Of a stretch of DNA of 64,000 nucleotides, positions 40,318 through 50,588 are shown piece by piece; the first letter of the stretch is position 1; each line of letters begins with the position of its first letter. The notes beneath the pieces were generated by a model. That model made no database searches. It was not told the DNA's origin and saw only the letters and a list, made by a program, of their open reading frames with translations. Location of the stretch: positions 62,001 to 126,000 of the IMG/VR virus record IMGVR_UViG_3300043429_001189; one strand, 5' to 3'. This stretch comes from an uncultured virus (IMG/VR IMGVR_UViG_3300043429_001189). Lineage: Duplodnaviria; Heunggongvirae; Uroviricota; Caudoviricetes. A program made the translations under genes and the position numbers.

Positions 40318-41925
40318 TTATTTGGATAAATTCTTTTCTTTAATTAAATTAATACAGCGGATTAAAAAAGCACGTTGCCTGTTTGGATCATCTGAATGGA
40401 AAGGAATTGCTGTTAAAAGTAAAAGAATTGCCAATCTTTCAAGTAATTCCGTATCATATCCCAATTCATTTAATAATTCTTTTAGAAATAAATGTAATTC
40501 TTTAGAATTTTCAACCCAATTTATTTCAACTACTTCTTGATTATCTTTTTTAACAATCTTATATCTATCAGCAATTAACATGGAATACCCGCAATAAAAA
40601 TCTTGCAACAGTTTTCCCATATCATATCGCATATCACCAGCAGTTCCTACTATATCCCCAAAACTCCCGCGTGGGTCTACAAATTTAATGTTTCCGCTAT
40701 ATGCATCATATATGATATTTGCTAAATGGCTATCACCGTGTATTACTCCTGACCAATTTGGATTTTTGGAAAGTTCGGTTGCAGTGTTTTCAAAAAAAGT
40801 ATTTACTAATTGCTGTTGTTCTTGAGAAATTTTAACTTGTTTAAATATTGTTGCAAGACGATCAGCATTTCTTTGGTAATAATTTCTATAGCAAACGTCA
40901 TTAACATTCAGATTTTCTAAATTAGAATCTTTACATAAAAAGATTGAATGATGTACTTTTATAATTTTACGAATGATCTCTCGCCAAACATCAAGTCTTA
41001 AATTATCATAAACAAGAACTTCATTTAAGGCAACGCCAGGTTCAAGTGACATTTCTAAAACACCATAATCACTATCCAACACTCTTGGACAAAATAAAGA
41101 TTGGAATTTATTTAATGATTTAAACCATTTCTTTTCCTGCTCAATCTTTTCTTTTTTAATCTCTGTGTCTGAGGTTTTTGTAATAGTCCCAAAAAAAGTG
41201 TTAACTTCAATTTTATTAAACGCTCTTGCGGATCTATTTAATAAACGTGCTTTTGATTCATAATATGAATTTAACTCTCCACAATCATACCAATACTGTG
41301 CTTCAATTAAATAATCCCCCCAATTCAGTTTAGATAATCTAGCATATTCAGTAAGTAATTCAGCAATTTGGTGTTCTCCTTTATGTGTTGGACAAATCAT
41401 TCCTCTTTTAACTGAATCCACAAAAATATCTCTAGACGTAAAATTATACACTCCAATTAATGCTAAATTAGTTGGCGGGTCAGATAATTTATCATATAAT
41501 TTTCCATTATGGTCAATCAGGCACCAGCGTTGTGGGTCGTCTACTTTATTGACAGCTAAAAAATCATTATTATAATCAAATTCATCAAGACATATAGTAT
41601 CACCTAGCCAAACAGTAACTGGCCCAGGCTGTTCTGATGCGTCTGCACCCAACATAATTGCATGTAATGGGCCTTTTTTATCACGCTGAGTTACAAATTT
41701 AAAATTTAACTGCGGGTAAACTCTTTTCAAGAATTTTCGAATATCTCCAAGTTCATTTTCAACTATAATGTATTCTGAAAACTTTGTTTTTGATTTTTCT
41801 AAATGTTCAATAATATAACTGATTAATGGCCTGCCATTTACAGGTATCATTGCTTTACTAACGCCATTAGATAATGGTTTCATGCGAGTTGCTAAGCCCG
41901 CCGCTGGGATAATAACTGTCCTCAT
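40318..41925 (-). CDS. Sugar nucleotidyltransferase fused to APH/choline-kinase-like phosphotransferase
   Basis: N-terminal 'IPAAGLATRMKPL..KAMIPVNGRP', 'WYDCG'; C-terminal 'IHGDSHLANI..KFVDPRG..YDMGKL'. Confidence 0.85.
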   Translation of the reverse strand: MRTVIIPAAGLATRMKPLSNGVSKAMIPVNGRPLISYIIEHLEKSKTKFSEYIIVENELGDIRKFLKRVYPQLNFKFVTQRDKKGPLHAIMLGADASEQPGPVTVWLGDTICLDEFDYNNDFLAVNKVDDPQRWCLIDHNGKLYDKLSDPPTNLALIGVYNFTSRDIFVDSVKRGMICPTHKGEHQIAELLTEYARLSKLNWGDYLIEAQYWYDCGELNSYYESKARLLNRSARAFNKIEVNTFFGTITKTSDTEIKKEKIEQEKKWFKSLNKFQSLFCPRVLDSDYGVLEMSLEPGVALNEVLVYDNLRLDVWREIIRKIIKVHHSIFLCKDSNLENLNVNDVCYRNYYQRNADRLATIFKQVKISQEQQQLVNTFFENTATELSKNPNWSGVIHGDSHLANIIYDAYSGNIKFVDPRGSFGDIVGTAGDMRYDMGKLLQDFYCGYSMLIADRYKIVKKDNQEVVEINWVENSKELHLFLKELLNELGYDTELLERLAILLLLTAIPFHSDDPNRQRAFLIRCINLIKEKNLSK

Positions 41926-42317
41926 ATTAAATTTTCTTTTATAATAATTGATTCGTAATTTTTAGATTTTTCAGTAATAAATGATTTAAGAGAAAGATTT
42001 CTATTATCTACATAAACAGGATTTTTCCCCCAAGGTTTGCCTGTGTGTAATTCGTGGTATTTAACATTAAATCTGCTCAGCCAATCTATTAAGATTGGTT
42101 CGTGATATTCTTTTATTTTTTCTTTGTTTCCATTAAAAGTGCGATAACCGCGCGCGGTAAACAAGATAATTTTATGCCCTTCATCAAATAATTGATTTAT
42201 TTTATATATTGTTTCTTTGATAGGTACAGCGTTTGGATAATCATAAGACCCTGAATCCAATTTAGGAGCATCACATATAGTACCGTCAATATCTATAATA
42301 AAAGTCATTAATTCCAT
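41922..42317 (-). CDS. HAD-family phosphatase (capsule-biosynthesis type)
   Basis: 'DIDGTIC', 'FTARG', 'GKPWG..YVDNR'. Confidence 0.85.
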   Translation of the reverse strand: MELMTFIIDIDGTICDAPKLDSGSYDYPNAVPIKETIYKINQLFDEGHKIILFTARGYRTFNGNKEKIKEYHEPILIDWLSRFNVKYHELHTGKPWGKNPVYVDNRNLSLKSFITEKSKNYESIIIKENLI

Positions 42318-42544
42318 TATAAAATTTTTATTTTTTTTACCCAAATTGTGTCACCAGGAAATAGGTTTTTGTTAGTTACAAAAGTACCGCATTTTGTAAA
42401 TACCTGGGTTTGGATTCTTTCAGATTGACCATGCATCAAAACTTTTGTTTTTTGAGATCTTTCAACAACACAAGGACATTTAGTTGTTAAACTATCAACA
42501 CATGAAGATAATGTAAATAAAGTACTTAAAATAAATATTTTCAT
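42317..42544 (-). CDS. Small putative lipoprotein
   Basis: Signal-like N-terminus ending LSSC. Confidence 0.5.
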   Translation of the reverse strand: MKIFILSTLFTLSSCVDSLTTKCPCVVERSQKTKVLMHGQSERIQTQVFTKCGTFVTNKNLFPGDTIWVKKIKIL

Positions 42545-42557
42545 ATTTATTCTATAC

Positions 42558-43535
42558 TTAAAATTTAAAAAGTTTTTGATTATAGAAATAAAACATACCT
42601 ATTTCTGATGAATTTTCGTTTAAAATTTCTATATTTTCAAGAATAAATCCATTACTTAAAAATAAATTTAGCAAATCATTTTTAATTGTTTTTGAATGAT
42701 ATTCAATAGCAACTTTTTTAATTTTATTTTGTAAAAAAGATTGATCCAAAGAATTAAAAATTTCAAATTCAGCGCCTTCACAATCAACTTTTAAATAATC
42801 AATTTTATCTAAATTTTCTTGAGCAATTAAATCATTTAAACTAATTGCGTTTACAAAAATTTCTTGTGATATAGCATCAAAAAAATTATTTTGAGTTTCT
42901 GGGTTATAAATTCTGTTGGAAACACCACCTTCAGCTAATAAAAAATTAATAGTTCCTGATTTATCCGAAACGGCATATTTATAACATTTAATGTTGTTAA
43001 AACTACTTACATTTTTCTCTAAACACTCATATTCTTTAGGGCTTGGTTCAACTGCAACAACTTTGCTTGGATTAAAATTTTGCGCATAGACGGAAAACAT
43101 TCCTAAATTAGCCCCAATGTCAACAACAACATCATCTTTTTCTATTTTTACAAAGTCCCTGTCATAAATTTTATCATAAAAAACTTCCATCAAAGTATAA
43201 AATGCTGGGAGATTGATGTGATTAAAAAATATTTTTTTTCCGTTAACAACTGGAGATCTATAAGAACCTGCTAAAATAACCGTTTCTTTTTGTATTAATT
43301 CTTCAAGTTCTACGATAAAAGATATTTTTGTAAGATATCTATCCATTATTGCAGGAATGATATAATATGAAGAATTTTCGGATAATTCCCAATTATCAAA
43401 AACACATACAGGAAGTAAACTTTCATCATCATAAATACTCACTTTATATTTGTGTATTCCTGGATATTTTACAGTAAAATGAATTTCGCTTAATTCTTGA
43501 TTAACTTGATCTAATTCAATTAATTTATTCATCAA
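42558..43535 (-). CDS. FkbM family methyltransferase
   Basis: 'VVDIGANLGMFS', 'IDYLKVDCEGAE'. Confidence 0.9.
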   Translation of the reverse strand: MMNKLIELDQVNQELSEIHFTVKYPGIHKYKVSIYDDESLLPVCVFDNWELSENSSYYIIPAIMDRYLTKISFIVELEELIQKETVILAGSYRSPVVNGKKIFFNHINLPAFYTLMEVFYDKIYDRDFVKIEKDDVVVDIGANLGMFSVYAQNFNPSKVVAVEPSPKEYECLEKNVSSFNNIKCYKYAVSDKSGTINFLLAEGGVSNRIYNPETQNNFFDAISQEIFVNAISLNDLIAQENLDKIDYLKVDCEGAEFEIFNSLDQSFLQNKIKKVAIEYHSKTIKNDLLNLFLSNGFILENIEILNENSSEIGMFYFYNQKLFKF

Positions 43536-45012
43536 TTTTATTATTTATGTGGAAAATTACTTGATTGTAATAGTTTAAAAAATGCTCATTATACAAATCC
43601 CATTTGATATCTATTCCGTCCAACGAATAAACATCAAACTGTTTAAATCTTGGTAGGTATTCATATATAAATTTTTTAAATTTTTCTTTTCGTTCTTGAT
43701 TTTCAAGGTGCCATTCACCTACAATTACTTTAACATTATTAACCAAAAAATCTATGTTTTCTTCATTAAATATGTAATATTCGCCGCCTTCACAATCAGT
43801 TTTCAAAAAATCAATATATTCAATTGCATATAATTCTCTGAAAGTTTTAAATTTAATTGTTTCTACGTTTCCATTCCAAAAATATGTATCAAATGCATTA
43901 GTAATGCCATCTCCTTCATATATTGCCTTATTAATATTACAAACAGGCATACCTAAAGTATTCTTTACAAGAATGGGAAATTCAACTTTAGAAGGTTCCA
44001 ATGTATATACTTGAAGAGGCTTTTTATCTAAAATAAAATATGTAAAAGGACCTACACTTGCACCAATATCAACCACTATATCGCCTTCTTGAACATCATA
44101 AAGCTTGTTATAAACTTTTTCGATAAATATTTCATTAATTAAAAATTCTTTAGTCGATGTGTGTTCCATCGGTCCCCAGTTAAAATTTGCCAATAAACTA
44201 TTTTTTTGGTATTGAGAATCAATAATGTTAACATAAAAAATTGGTAATGATAATTTCATTGCGGCTGGCAATATCAGCATTTCTTTGTTCCAATAAAAAT
44301 AAATGTGAATAAGATGAACGGGATAAGAATGATATCCCATATCATGTGGGATTGCATAATCTTCTCTAACATCCCAAATATTATATCCTAATCTATAAAT
44401 AGCATTACTTTGTTCTACTTGTCCTACTTCCTCAGCCCTGCGATAATTATATTCAGCATTTTCTGTTATTTCTGTTGTATGAGGTAAACATCCATATTTT
44501 TCCCATGCTTCATTTAGAACTTTATAAGAAGAAAAACCTATTGAATTTCCTGCGTGTACAGGCGCTGGATATTCAGGAGTAGGTCTTCTAACAACCATAC
44601 AAAGATATCCGGTATTAGGTAAACTATTAAATTTTTTAATTAAATATTGGTCAAAATTATTTATGTTAAAGAAATAATCGTCTTCGGTGAATATGTAATA
44701 GTCATACGTATCTTTATATTTTCCAAATACATCTGACCATGCTCCATAACTCATGCCAATGTTTTTTCTTTGTATTAATTCTACATCAGCATTTCTGATT
44801 TTATTAGGAATTAATTCTTGTGCTTGCGCAAATAATTCTGAGTGTTCATTTTCATAATTAACAACAAAAACTATTTTTTCTAAATCATGTTCTAGATTAC
44901 ATAAATCATTAATTTGTGTTTTTAAATAAATTAATCGGTCTTGGTCATACACAGAATTACTATGTCTTCTGTTACCAAACCAAACACAACATACATAACA
45001 TACTTTATTCAT
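43525..45012 (-). CDS. Glycosyltransferase-like domain fused to FkbM methyltransferase
   Basis: N-terminal 'NIGMSYGAW..YIFTEDDY'; C-terminal 'VDIGASVG..FLKTDCEGGE'. Confidence 0.8.
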   Translation of the reverse strand: MNKVCYVCCVWFGNRRHSNSVYDQDRLIYLKTQINDLCNLEHDLEKIVFVVNYENEHSELFAQAQELIPNKIRNADVELIQRKNIGMSYGAWSDVFGKYKDTYDYYIFTEDDYFFNINNFDQYLIKKFNSLPNTGYLCMVVRRPTPEYPAPVHAGNSIGFSSYKVLNEAWEKYGCLPHTTEITENAEYNYRRAEEVGQVEQSNAIYRLGYNIWDVREDYAIPHDMGYHSYPVHLIHIYFYWNKEMLILPAAMKLSLPIFYVNIIDSQYQKNSLLANFNWGPMEHTSTKEFLINEIFIEKVYNKLYDVQEGDIVVDIGASVGPFTYFILDKKPLQVYTLEPSKVEFPILVKNTLGMPVCNINKAIYEGDGITNAFDTYFWNGNVETIKFKTFRELYAIEYIDFLKTDCEGGEYYIFNEENIDFLVNNVKVIVGEWHLENQERKEKFKKFIYEYLPRFKQFDVYSLDGIDIKWDLYNEHFLNYYNQVIFHINNKIDE

Positions 45013-45965
45013 TATTTTAAATGTTTAATATAATTTATGGCAAAAAAATGATTTTTATCAATTTGTGTAAAATCATATTCTTTTTCCAATGTTTTGTCAA
45101 TAATTATTTTTATACTATCAATTTCATCAATACTTCCAATTCTATTTAATCTCCAAACATTATTACTCATTTTAACATTTAATGTTGATTGATTATTAAC
45201 TATAAAAAAAGTGTCAATATCTTTTTCATATTTGTTAAATCCTAATACAAAGCTGTATATGCTTTCTCCATCACTTAAAACAATAGCCCAATCATCATTA
45301 TTATCAGTGTTAAATAAATTTGTTTTTATGCAAGCGTTGTATTTATCCAAATTTTCTTGATATGCAACATCTAAATCAAAGAATTCCTTACTAAATTCTT
45401 CTAAAACTTTGCAATTATTTGAATTTACGTATCTTTCTACATTGTTATCAAAATAATTTATCCAATCATTTGTCAAAACCGAAATATTTAACGAATATGA
45501 TGAATAAACGCCCAAATTAGCAGGATGATTATACCAAATTATTGGATGATTATCCAATTTAATTGAGTTTTCTTCTAAAATTTTGTGATCAACAATAATA
45601 CTATCATATTCTAAAAAATGCAGTTTGTTGTACCCAATAGCTTTACAAAATTTTATACCATCAAATATTAATTTTCCTGCTGCAATTATATGATTAAATT
45701 TTTTCACTTCTGATGTAGAAATATGAAACAAATCATTACGCCAAGCTAACGAAAATTTATGATAAAAATTAGTAAGCAGTTGGTTTTCTTTATTATAAAT
45801 AACATAATTACATAGTTCAAAGACTTCATCAGAAAGTTTTGAATTTGCTGAAACCACCACATCATATTTTTCTCGATTAATTGAATTTATTAAATTAATC
45901 AATAATTTTTTCCTAACTAAATCAGGTGTGTGCGCAGTTATTAAAATAACTTCTTTATTAGTCAT
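45012..45965 (-). CDS. Hypothetical protein (GT-like), related to 47656..48657
   Basis: Shared 'Y.KEN.(V/L)L' and 'HFLEYD/FHLIYD' segments. Confidence 0.55.
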   Translation of the reverse strand: MTNKEVILITAHTPDLVRKKLLINLINSINREKYDVVVSANSKLSDEVFELCNYVIYNKENQLLTNFYHKFSLAWRNDLFHISTSEVKKFNHIIAAGKLIFDGIKFCKAIGYNKLHFLEYDSIIVDHKILEENSIKLDNHPIIWYNHPANLGVYSSYSLNISVLTNDWINYFDNNVERYVNSNNCKVLEEFSKEFFDLDVAYQENLDKYNACIKTNLFNTDNNDDWAIVLSDGESIYSFVLGFNKYEKDIDTFFIVNNQSTLNVKMSNNVWRLNRIGSIDEIDSIKIIIDKTLEKEYDFTQIDKNHFFAINYIKHLK

Positions 45966-46443
45966 ATTTATATTCCGATCTTAGCATTGACATTATACAA
46001 GAATCAATGTAAACATTATTTTTTAGTACTTCTTGTCTTTTTGTTCCTTCATTAAAAAAACCTAACTTATGATATAAATTAATTGCTCGTTTATTGGTTA
46101 CAAGAACTTCAAGAGAAACTTTGTTTAAATTATAGTCGCCAAAAAGAATTGGCAAAAATTTTTTATACGCTTGGTATCCATAACCTTTTCCTTGAAATTT
46201 TGGATGAATATCTGCGCCTACATATATATTTTTGCTTTCTTGTGAATGATTGCTTAATCTAAAATATCCTATTCTTTCTTCGTTTAACCATATAATCCAA
46301 TAGTCTGGTTTAAATGTATTAAACCAGACCAAAGATTCGTCAACAGTAAAAGTCCTTGAATCGTGTAAATATTCTTGAGCGACAAGATTTCTTGTTTCAT
46401 TAAGAAACGGTACATCTTCCACTGTTATTTTTTTTATAATCAT
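45958..46443 (-). CDS. GNAT N-acetyltransferase (PseH/RimL-like)
   Basis: 'FQGKGYG', 'NKRAINLYHKLGF..EG'. Confidence 0.9.
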   Translation of the reverse strand: MIIKKITVEDVPFLNETRNLVAQEYLHDSRTFTVDESLVWFNTFKPDYWIIWLNEERIGYFRLSNHSQESKNIYVGADIHPKFQGKGYGYQAYKKFLPILFGDYNLNKVSLEVLVTNKRAINLYHKLGFFNEGTKRQEVLKNNVYIDSCIMSMLRSEYKYD

Positions 46444-46449
46444 TTTAAT

Positions 46450-47631
46450 TTACCATCCTTTTTTGATACAATCTACAATATATTCACGCTCTTCGTTTGT
46501 AACCCACCATCCAACTGGTATTGACACAATTTTAGGAATTGTATTATCCAATACGGGTAAATGCGAAATATAATCTCTAACCGCAGTATGTTTATCATTT
46601 CGCTCGTGAACTTGTGAAACTACAATATTGCATTCTTTCATCCATTTATAAAAACCGTCTCTGTCTTCAACCAACATACTGTATATCCAAAATGCTGATT
46701 CATGGTCAGGATTTCTTTCCAACAAAGTAAGGCCATTGCTACCTGCTAAATTACGATCATAATAAGCGGCGTTTTCCTGGTGTCTTTTGATAATTTTTTC
46801 GGAATGTTTTAAGTTTTCCATTCCAACAGTTGCGCACACATCATTCATATGAAATTTAAAACCCCATTCAATAATATCTGCTTCACATCTGAAATCTTTG
46901 CGGTTTCCTTCGCGGTCAATTCCATACCAACGTATTAATTTTCCTCTGTCATGCAATTCTTTGTGTGGAGACAATAATAGACCGCCATCAATTGAAGTTA
47001 TATGTTTAATTGCTTGCAGTGAATACATGGTTAAATTTCCATGCGTTCCGATATGTTTACCTTTATACTTTGACCCAAAAGAATGCGCGCCATCTTCGAT
47101 AACAGCAGGCTTAAAGCCGTACATTTGATATGCCTTGTTTTGTATCTGTTTAATTTTATCAAGATCAATAGGATATCCACCCCAATGTACAGCCATTATC
47201 ACTTTTGTTTTTGGAGTAATTTTTCTAGCTAAATCATCCAAATCCATGTTTAATGTATTGGGATCAATGTCAACCCATTTGATTTTTAAACCATTTGCTA
47301 ATATAGGCCAGTTACTTGCAGTGCATGTCATTGCTGTTGTTAACACCTCATCACCCGGTTCTAATCCGGGCCAATTATATTCTACATTTGCAACTCCGTG
47401 ATACATTTTTTGGGAAATTTCAGGCTTTTTAAGCATGTGTAGTGCCATGTGTAATGCTGAAGTTCCTGCATTTAATGTTAGTACATAATCATGGTTAAAA
47501 TATTCTTTAAGTTGTTTTTCAAATTCATCAACTTTAGGGCCTTGACCAATATAACCACTGTTTAATACCTTTCCTACTTCTTCAGCGGCAGTAGGCGCCA
47601 TAAAAACTTTGAATAGTTGAATAGTTTCCAT
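46450..47631 (-). CDS. DegT/DnrJ/EryC1/StrS sugar aminotransferase
   Basis: 'NAGTSALH', 'VHWGG', 'IEDGAHSFG', 'SLQAIKHITSIDGG'. Confidence 0.95.
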   Translation of the reverse strand: METIQLFKVFMAPTAAEEVGKVLNSGYIGQGPKVDEFEKQLKEYFNHDYVLTLNAGTSALHMALHMLKKPEISQKMYHGVANVEYNWPGLEPGDEVLTTAMTCTASNWPILANGLKIKWVDIDPNTLNMDLDDLARKITPKTKVIMAVHWGGYPIDLDKIKQIQNKAYQMYGFKPAVIEDGAHSFGSKYKGKHIGTHGNLTMYSLQAIKHITSIDGGLLLSPHKELHDRGKLIRWYGIDREGNRKDFRCEADIIEWGFKFHMNDVCATVGMENLKHSEKIIKRHQENAAYYDRNLAGSNGLTLLERNPDHESAFWIYSMLVEDRDGFYKWMKECNIVVSQVHERNDKHTAVRDYISHLPVLDNTIPKIVSIPVGWWVTNEEREYIVDCIKKGW

Positions 47632-47655
47632 TAATATTTAATTTATTTATTTATC

Positions 47656-48657
47656 TTATGAATAAAAAGAGTCATATTGAATTTGGTTAAAACTTATTTT
47701 TGAATAAAGTTCAGTCAAATCCATTTCTGAATTATTCCATTTTATTTTTATTGTATTAATTTTACTTGATTGTATCGGAATTTCGCAAACATCCCACGAA
47801 ATAGGATTAATGATATATTCTTCATTATTAACAATTATGCAAATTTCTTTAATTTCTGTTTTTAAATCATAAAAAACCATTCTAAGATTTCCTGATTGAA
47901 TTACATCATATGAATCATTTTCTTGATTCCAAACGGTTTCTTCGGGGTTTTTACTAATAAAAAATTTAAAGTCTTTATGAATTTTATAATCAAAAAAATC
48001 GTACCCTGTCCAATAGTGAATTAAATCTTTAACCACAAGATCACCAGATTTTATGTTAAATTTTTTAATCCATCGTTCAACATGTGTTTCTGCAATACCG
48101 TTTGTTTTTATATAAAGATCATAGTCAATTTCATTAACAATATTTTTTAAGATTTCGCGGTTTAAAACCATAAAATGTAAACATGAATACCAAATTAGCG
48201 TCGGGTCATGCGGATCAACTCTAGGATAAACTACATTAATATCCGATGATTCAAATTTATTTAATACCTCGTCAGTTATCTCTAAATCATATATCAAGTG
48301 AAAAAAGATATCATAATCAAACGTTAATGCAATTTCACTGATTTTTTTAGTTTGATATAAAGCAGCCCAGCCGTAATCACCAACTCCTCTATGAAATGTT
48401 ATTTTTTTACCTGTATTGGTAAAAAAAGAATACCAATGAGTATATTGCCTTATTGGATAATTTAAAACTGGATTTTCTTTGGTGTAAAAGAAAAAAGAAA
48501 ACTCTTTGATTACCTCATCAGGCATAATTAAATGATTAGGACCTATTCCTATTACATCAATGCCAAGAGATTTTATTTTTTTTATGTTGTTTAATAAAAT
48601 ATCAAGTTTTTCTTGAGTATCACAATAAGTGCTAATCATAGCAATTTTTTTACTCAT
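47656..48657 (-). CDS. Hypothetical protein (GT-like)
   Basis: 333-aa ORF, related to 45012..45965. Confidence 0.55.
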   Translation of the reverse strand: MSKKIAMISTYCDTQEKLDILLNNIKKIKSLGIDVIGIGPNHLIMPDEVIKEFSFFFYTKENPVLNYPIRQYTHWYSFFTNTGKKITFHRGVGDYGWAALYQTKKISEIALTFDYDIFFHLIYDLEITDEVLNKFESSDINVVYPRVDPHDPTLIWYSCLHFMVLNREILKNIVNEIDYDLYIKTNGIAETHVERWIKKFNIKSGDLVVKDLIHYWTGYDFFDYKIHKDFKFFISKNPEETVWNQENDSYDVIQSGNLRMVFYDLKTEIKEICIIVNNEEYIINPISWDVCEIPIQSSKINTIKIKWNNSEMDLTELYSKISFNQIQYDSFYS

Positions 48658-48662
48658 ATTAA

Positions 48663-49217
48663 TTATTTCTGTTTATGTAAATTAATAAATTCATCAATAT
48701 TATCTGACCACAATTGCATTGCATTAATTTTTATTTTGTTTTCGTCCCAGTCCCACCAAGATATGTTTAATAAATCTTGAATCTGAGATTCGGTAAATCT
48801 ATATTTTACTATTCTTGCTGGATTTCCTGCAACAATTGCATACGGAGGCACATCTTTTGTCACAACAGAACCAGCTGCAACTATTGCTCCGTTGTGAATT
48901 GTTATTCCTGACATTATGGTTGCTTTTGCGCCTATCCAAACATCATTTTCAATTATAATGTCGCCTTTAGCTGAAGGATGTCCCATTTGCATGTGCATAT
49001 TGGCAATTTCTTCGGTAACAGGACCCCATAATTGCGAACTTGTGGTAACCCAATCAGGTCTGTGATTTGCATGTAAGAAAAAGTTACAATCTCTGCCTAT
49101 AGAATTATACTTACCTGCTATAATTCGATATGAATTGCTCCAAGATATAATATTAATGTTGCGATCAAAATAAGTGCCTCTGTCAGCAGAAAGTAAATGA
49201 ATATTTTCTATGCTCAT
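48663..49217 (-). CDS. CatB/Vat-like hexapeptide O-acetyltransferase
   Basis: 'IIENDVWIG..GAIVAAGSVVTKDVPPYAIVAGNPARIVKYRF..WWDW'. Confidence 0.9.
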   Translation of the reverse strand: MSIENIHLLSADRGTYFDRNINIISWSNSYRIIAGKYNSIGRDCNFFLHANHRPDWVTTSSQLWGPVTEEIANMHMQMGHPSAKGDIIIENDVWIGAKATIMSGITIHNGAIVAAGSVVTKDVPPYAIVAGNPARIVKYRFTESQIQDLLNISWWDWDENKIKINAMQLWSDNIDEFINLHKQK

Positions 49218-49236
49218 AAATGTTTTGATTAAATTT

Positions 49237-49263
49237 TTATATTCAAATATAAATAATTAGTTT
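49237..49263 (-). promoter_or_regulatory. Bipartite promoter AAAC-N15-GAATATAA
   Basis: Motif copy upstream of the 49217 start. Confidence 0.6.
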
Positions 49264-49266
49264 TAA

Positions 49267-50040
49267 CTATATTAATGCGTACTTGTCTATTGTATTAATT
49301 TTTTCAATTAAAAATTGGCCCAAATATTTCTCAAATTCTTTAAATTCTGATGTGTTTCTAAAAATAACCCATTCATCGGCCCATTCTGTGATTCCCCAAT
49401 TTATTTTTCCAATAGGTTCTCGATTCAAAGAAATGTGTATTCCATGAACAGGTCTGTATTCATTTTCATAATCAAAATAAGAAAATCTTTTTTTAACTAA
49501 TTCATATAAAAAAACTTCGTCGTGATTATGTAATCTCTTTTCAATTAAATCGGCGTAAGGAGGTAATGGATAGTAATTATCCCACAAGGAAAAATGAAGC
49601 CCTGTTAATCTGCGATACTGCTGGTTTTCATCAGCAACTTTTCTAACAATATTGCTGTATGGAAGACCTGTTTTTTCCATATCTTTGACGTGAAGAGATA
49701 ACAAATCTTTTTGCAAACAAATTATGTCAATATCGGAAATGTAAATATATTTAGATTTAACCGTTGGTTCAATTATAAATCTTGATAAATTTGGAACACA
49801 AGTTATTTTGTTCTTTTTATGAATAATTACGCCAACTTCAATCTTATTGATTAAAAACCTATTTGGAAATATTTTTGAAATGTAAGATATAGCCTTTTGT
49901 GTCTCTTCACTTAATTCATCATCATAACCTATTTCAATAAATGCAGTTGGATTATGATACAAATGTGAAAAAACAAACAAAGGAATAAAATTATTGTAAG
50001 ACTTATTACAACATGTATAAATATTTAAGGTTTCTTTCAT
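49267..50040 (-). CDS. Putative GT-A glycosyltransferase
   Basis: 'YIYISDIDI' DxD-like motif. Confidence 0.55.
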   Translation of the reverse strand: MKETLNIYTCCNKSYNNFIPLFVFSHLYHNPTAFIEIGYDDELSEETQKAISYISKIFPNRFLINKIEVGVIIHKKNKITCVPNLSRFIIEPTVKSKYIYISDIDIICLQKDLLSLHVKDMEKTGLPYSNIVRKVADENQQYRRLTGLHFSLWDNYYPLPPYADLIEKRLHNHDEVFLYELVKKRFSYFDYENEYRPVHGIHISLNREPIGKINWGITEWADEWVIFRNTSEFKEFEKYLGQFLIEKINTIDKYALI

Positions 50041-50588
50041 TAGATTAAGTGTTCTATAAATTTTTTATTGCCTCCTCTATACCAGTGATATAGATATAAA
50101 CCTCTTATTAAATAAAATTTTAATTGGTGCTTTTGTAATTTCCAATGCAAATCATTATCCACGCCAAGCATACCTTCAGCTTTAAATCCGCCGATTGTTT
50201 TCCAGGTGCTTTTTTTAATTAAAATTAAAAAGCCACTCATAACAGCATTTTTTGGCTTATTTGTTACATCAATAACCGATGAATCATAAATAACTTTCAT
50301 TTTTTCACCAAAATCTCTATGATATTTTATGTTATCATTAAAAATATCAACACCAGGCGCAATTTGCCATTCGCATCCTACTCTGTTTGTAAATCCCGTA
50401 AAACAAGAAGCGTCGGGATTTTCCATTAAAGCTTTTTCTATGATTAATCCATAATCAGGTGTTGTGAAAATTGTATCACCGTCAACTATACAAGCCCAAT
50501 CATCATCATTCGGCAAAATTTCCATGAAAGAATTATAATACTGGCCTATATTTTTATTTGCATCAAAAGGGATTGTATAATATATCAT
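50040..50588 (-). CDS. GT2-like glycosyltransferase
   Basis: 'IVDGDTIF', 'IGGF..GVDNDL', 'YLYHWY'. Confidence 0.75.
   Translation of the reverse strand: MIYYTIPFDANKNIGQYYNSFMEILPNDDDWACIVDGDTIFTTPDYGLIIEKALMENPDASCFTGFTNRVGCEWQIAPGVDIFNDNIKYHRDFGEKMKVIYDSSVIDVTNKPKNAVMSGFLILIKKSTWKTIGGFKAEGMLGVDNDLHWKLQKHQLKFYLIRGLYLYHWYRGGNKKFIEHLI

Noticed and set aside
48663..49217. Antibiotic-resistance cat/vat gene
   Set aside because: Context among sugar aminotransferase and glycosyltransferase genes favours a sugar O-acetyltransferase.
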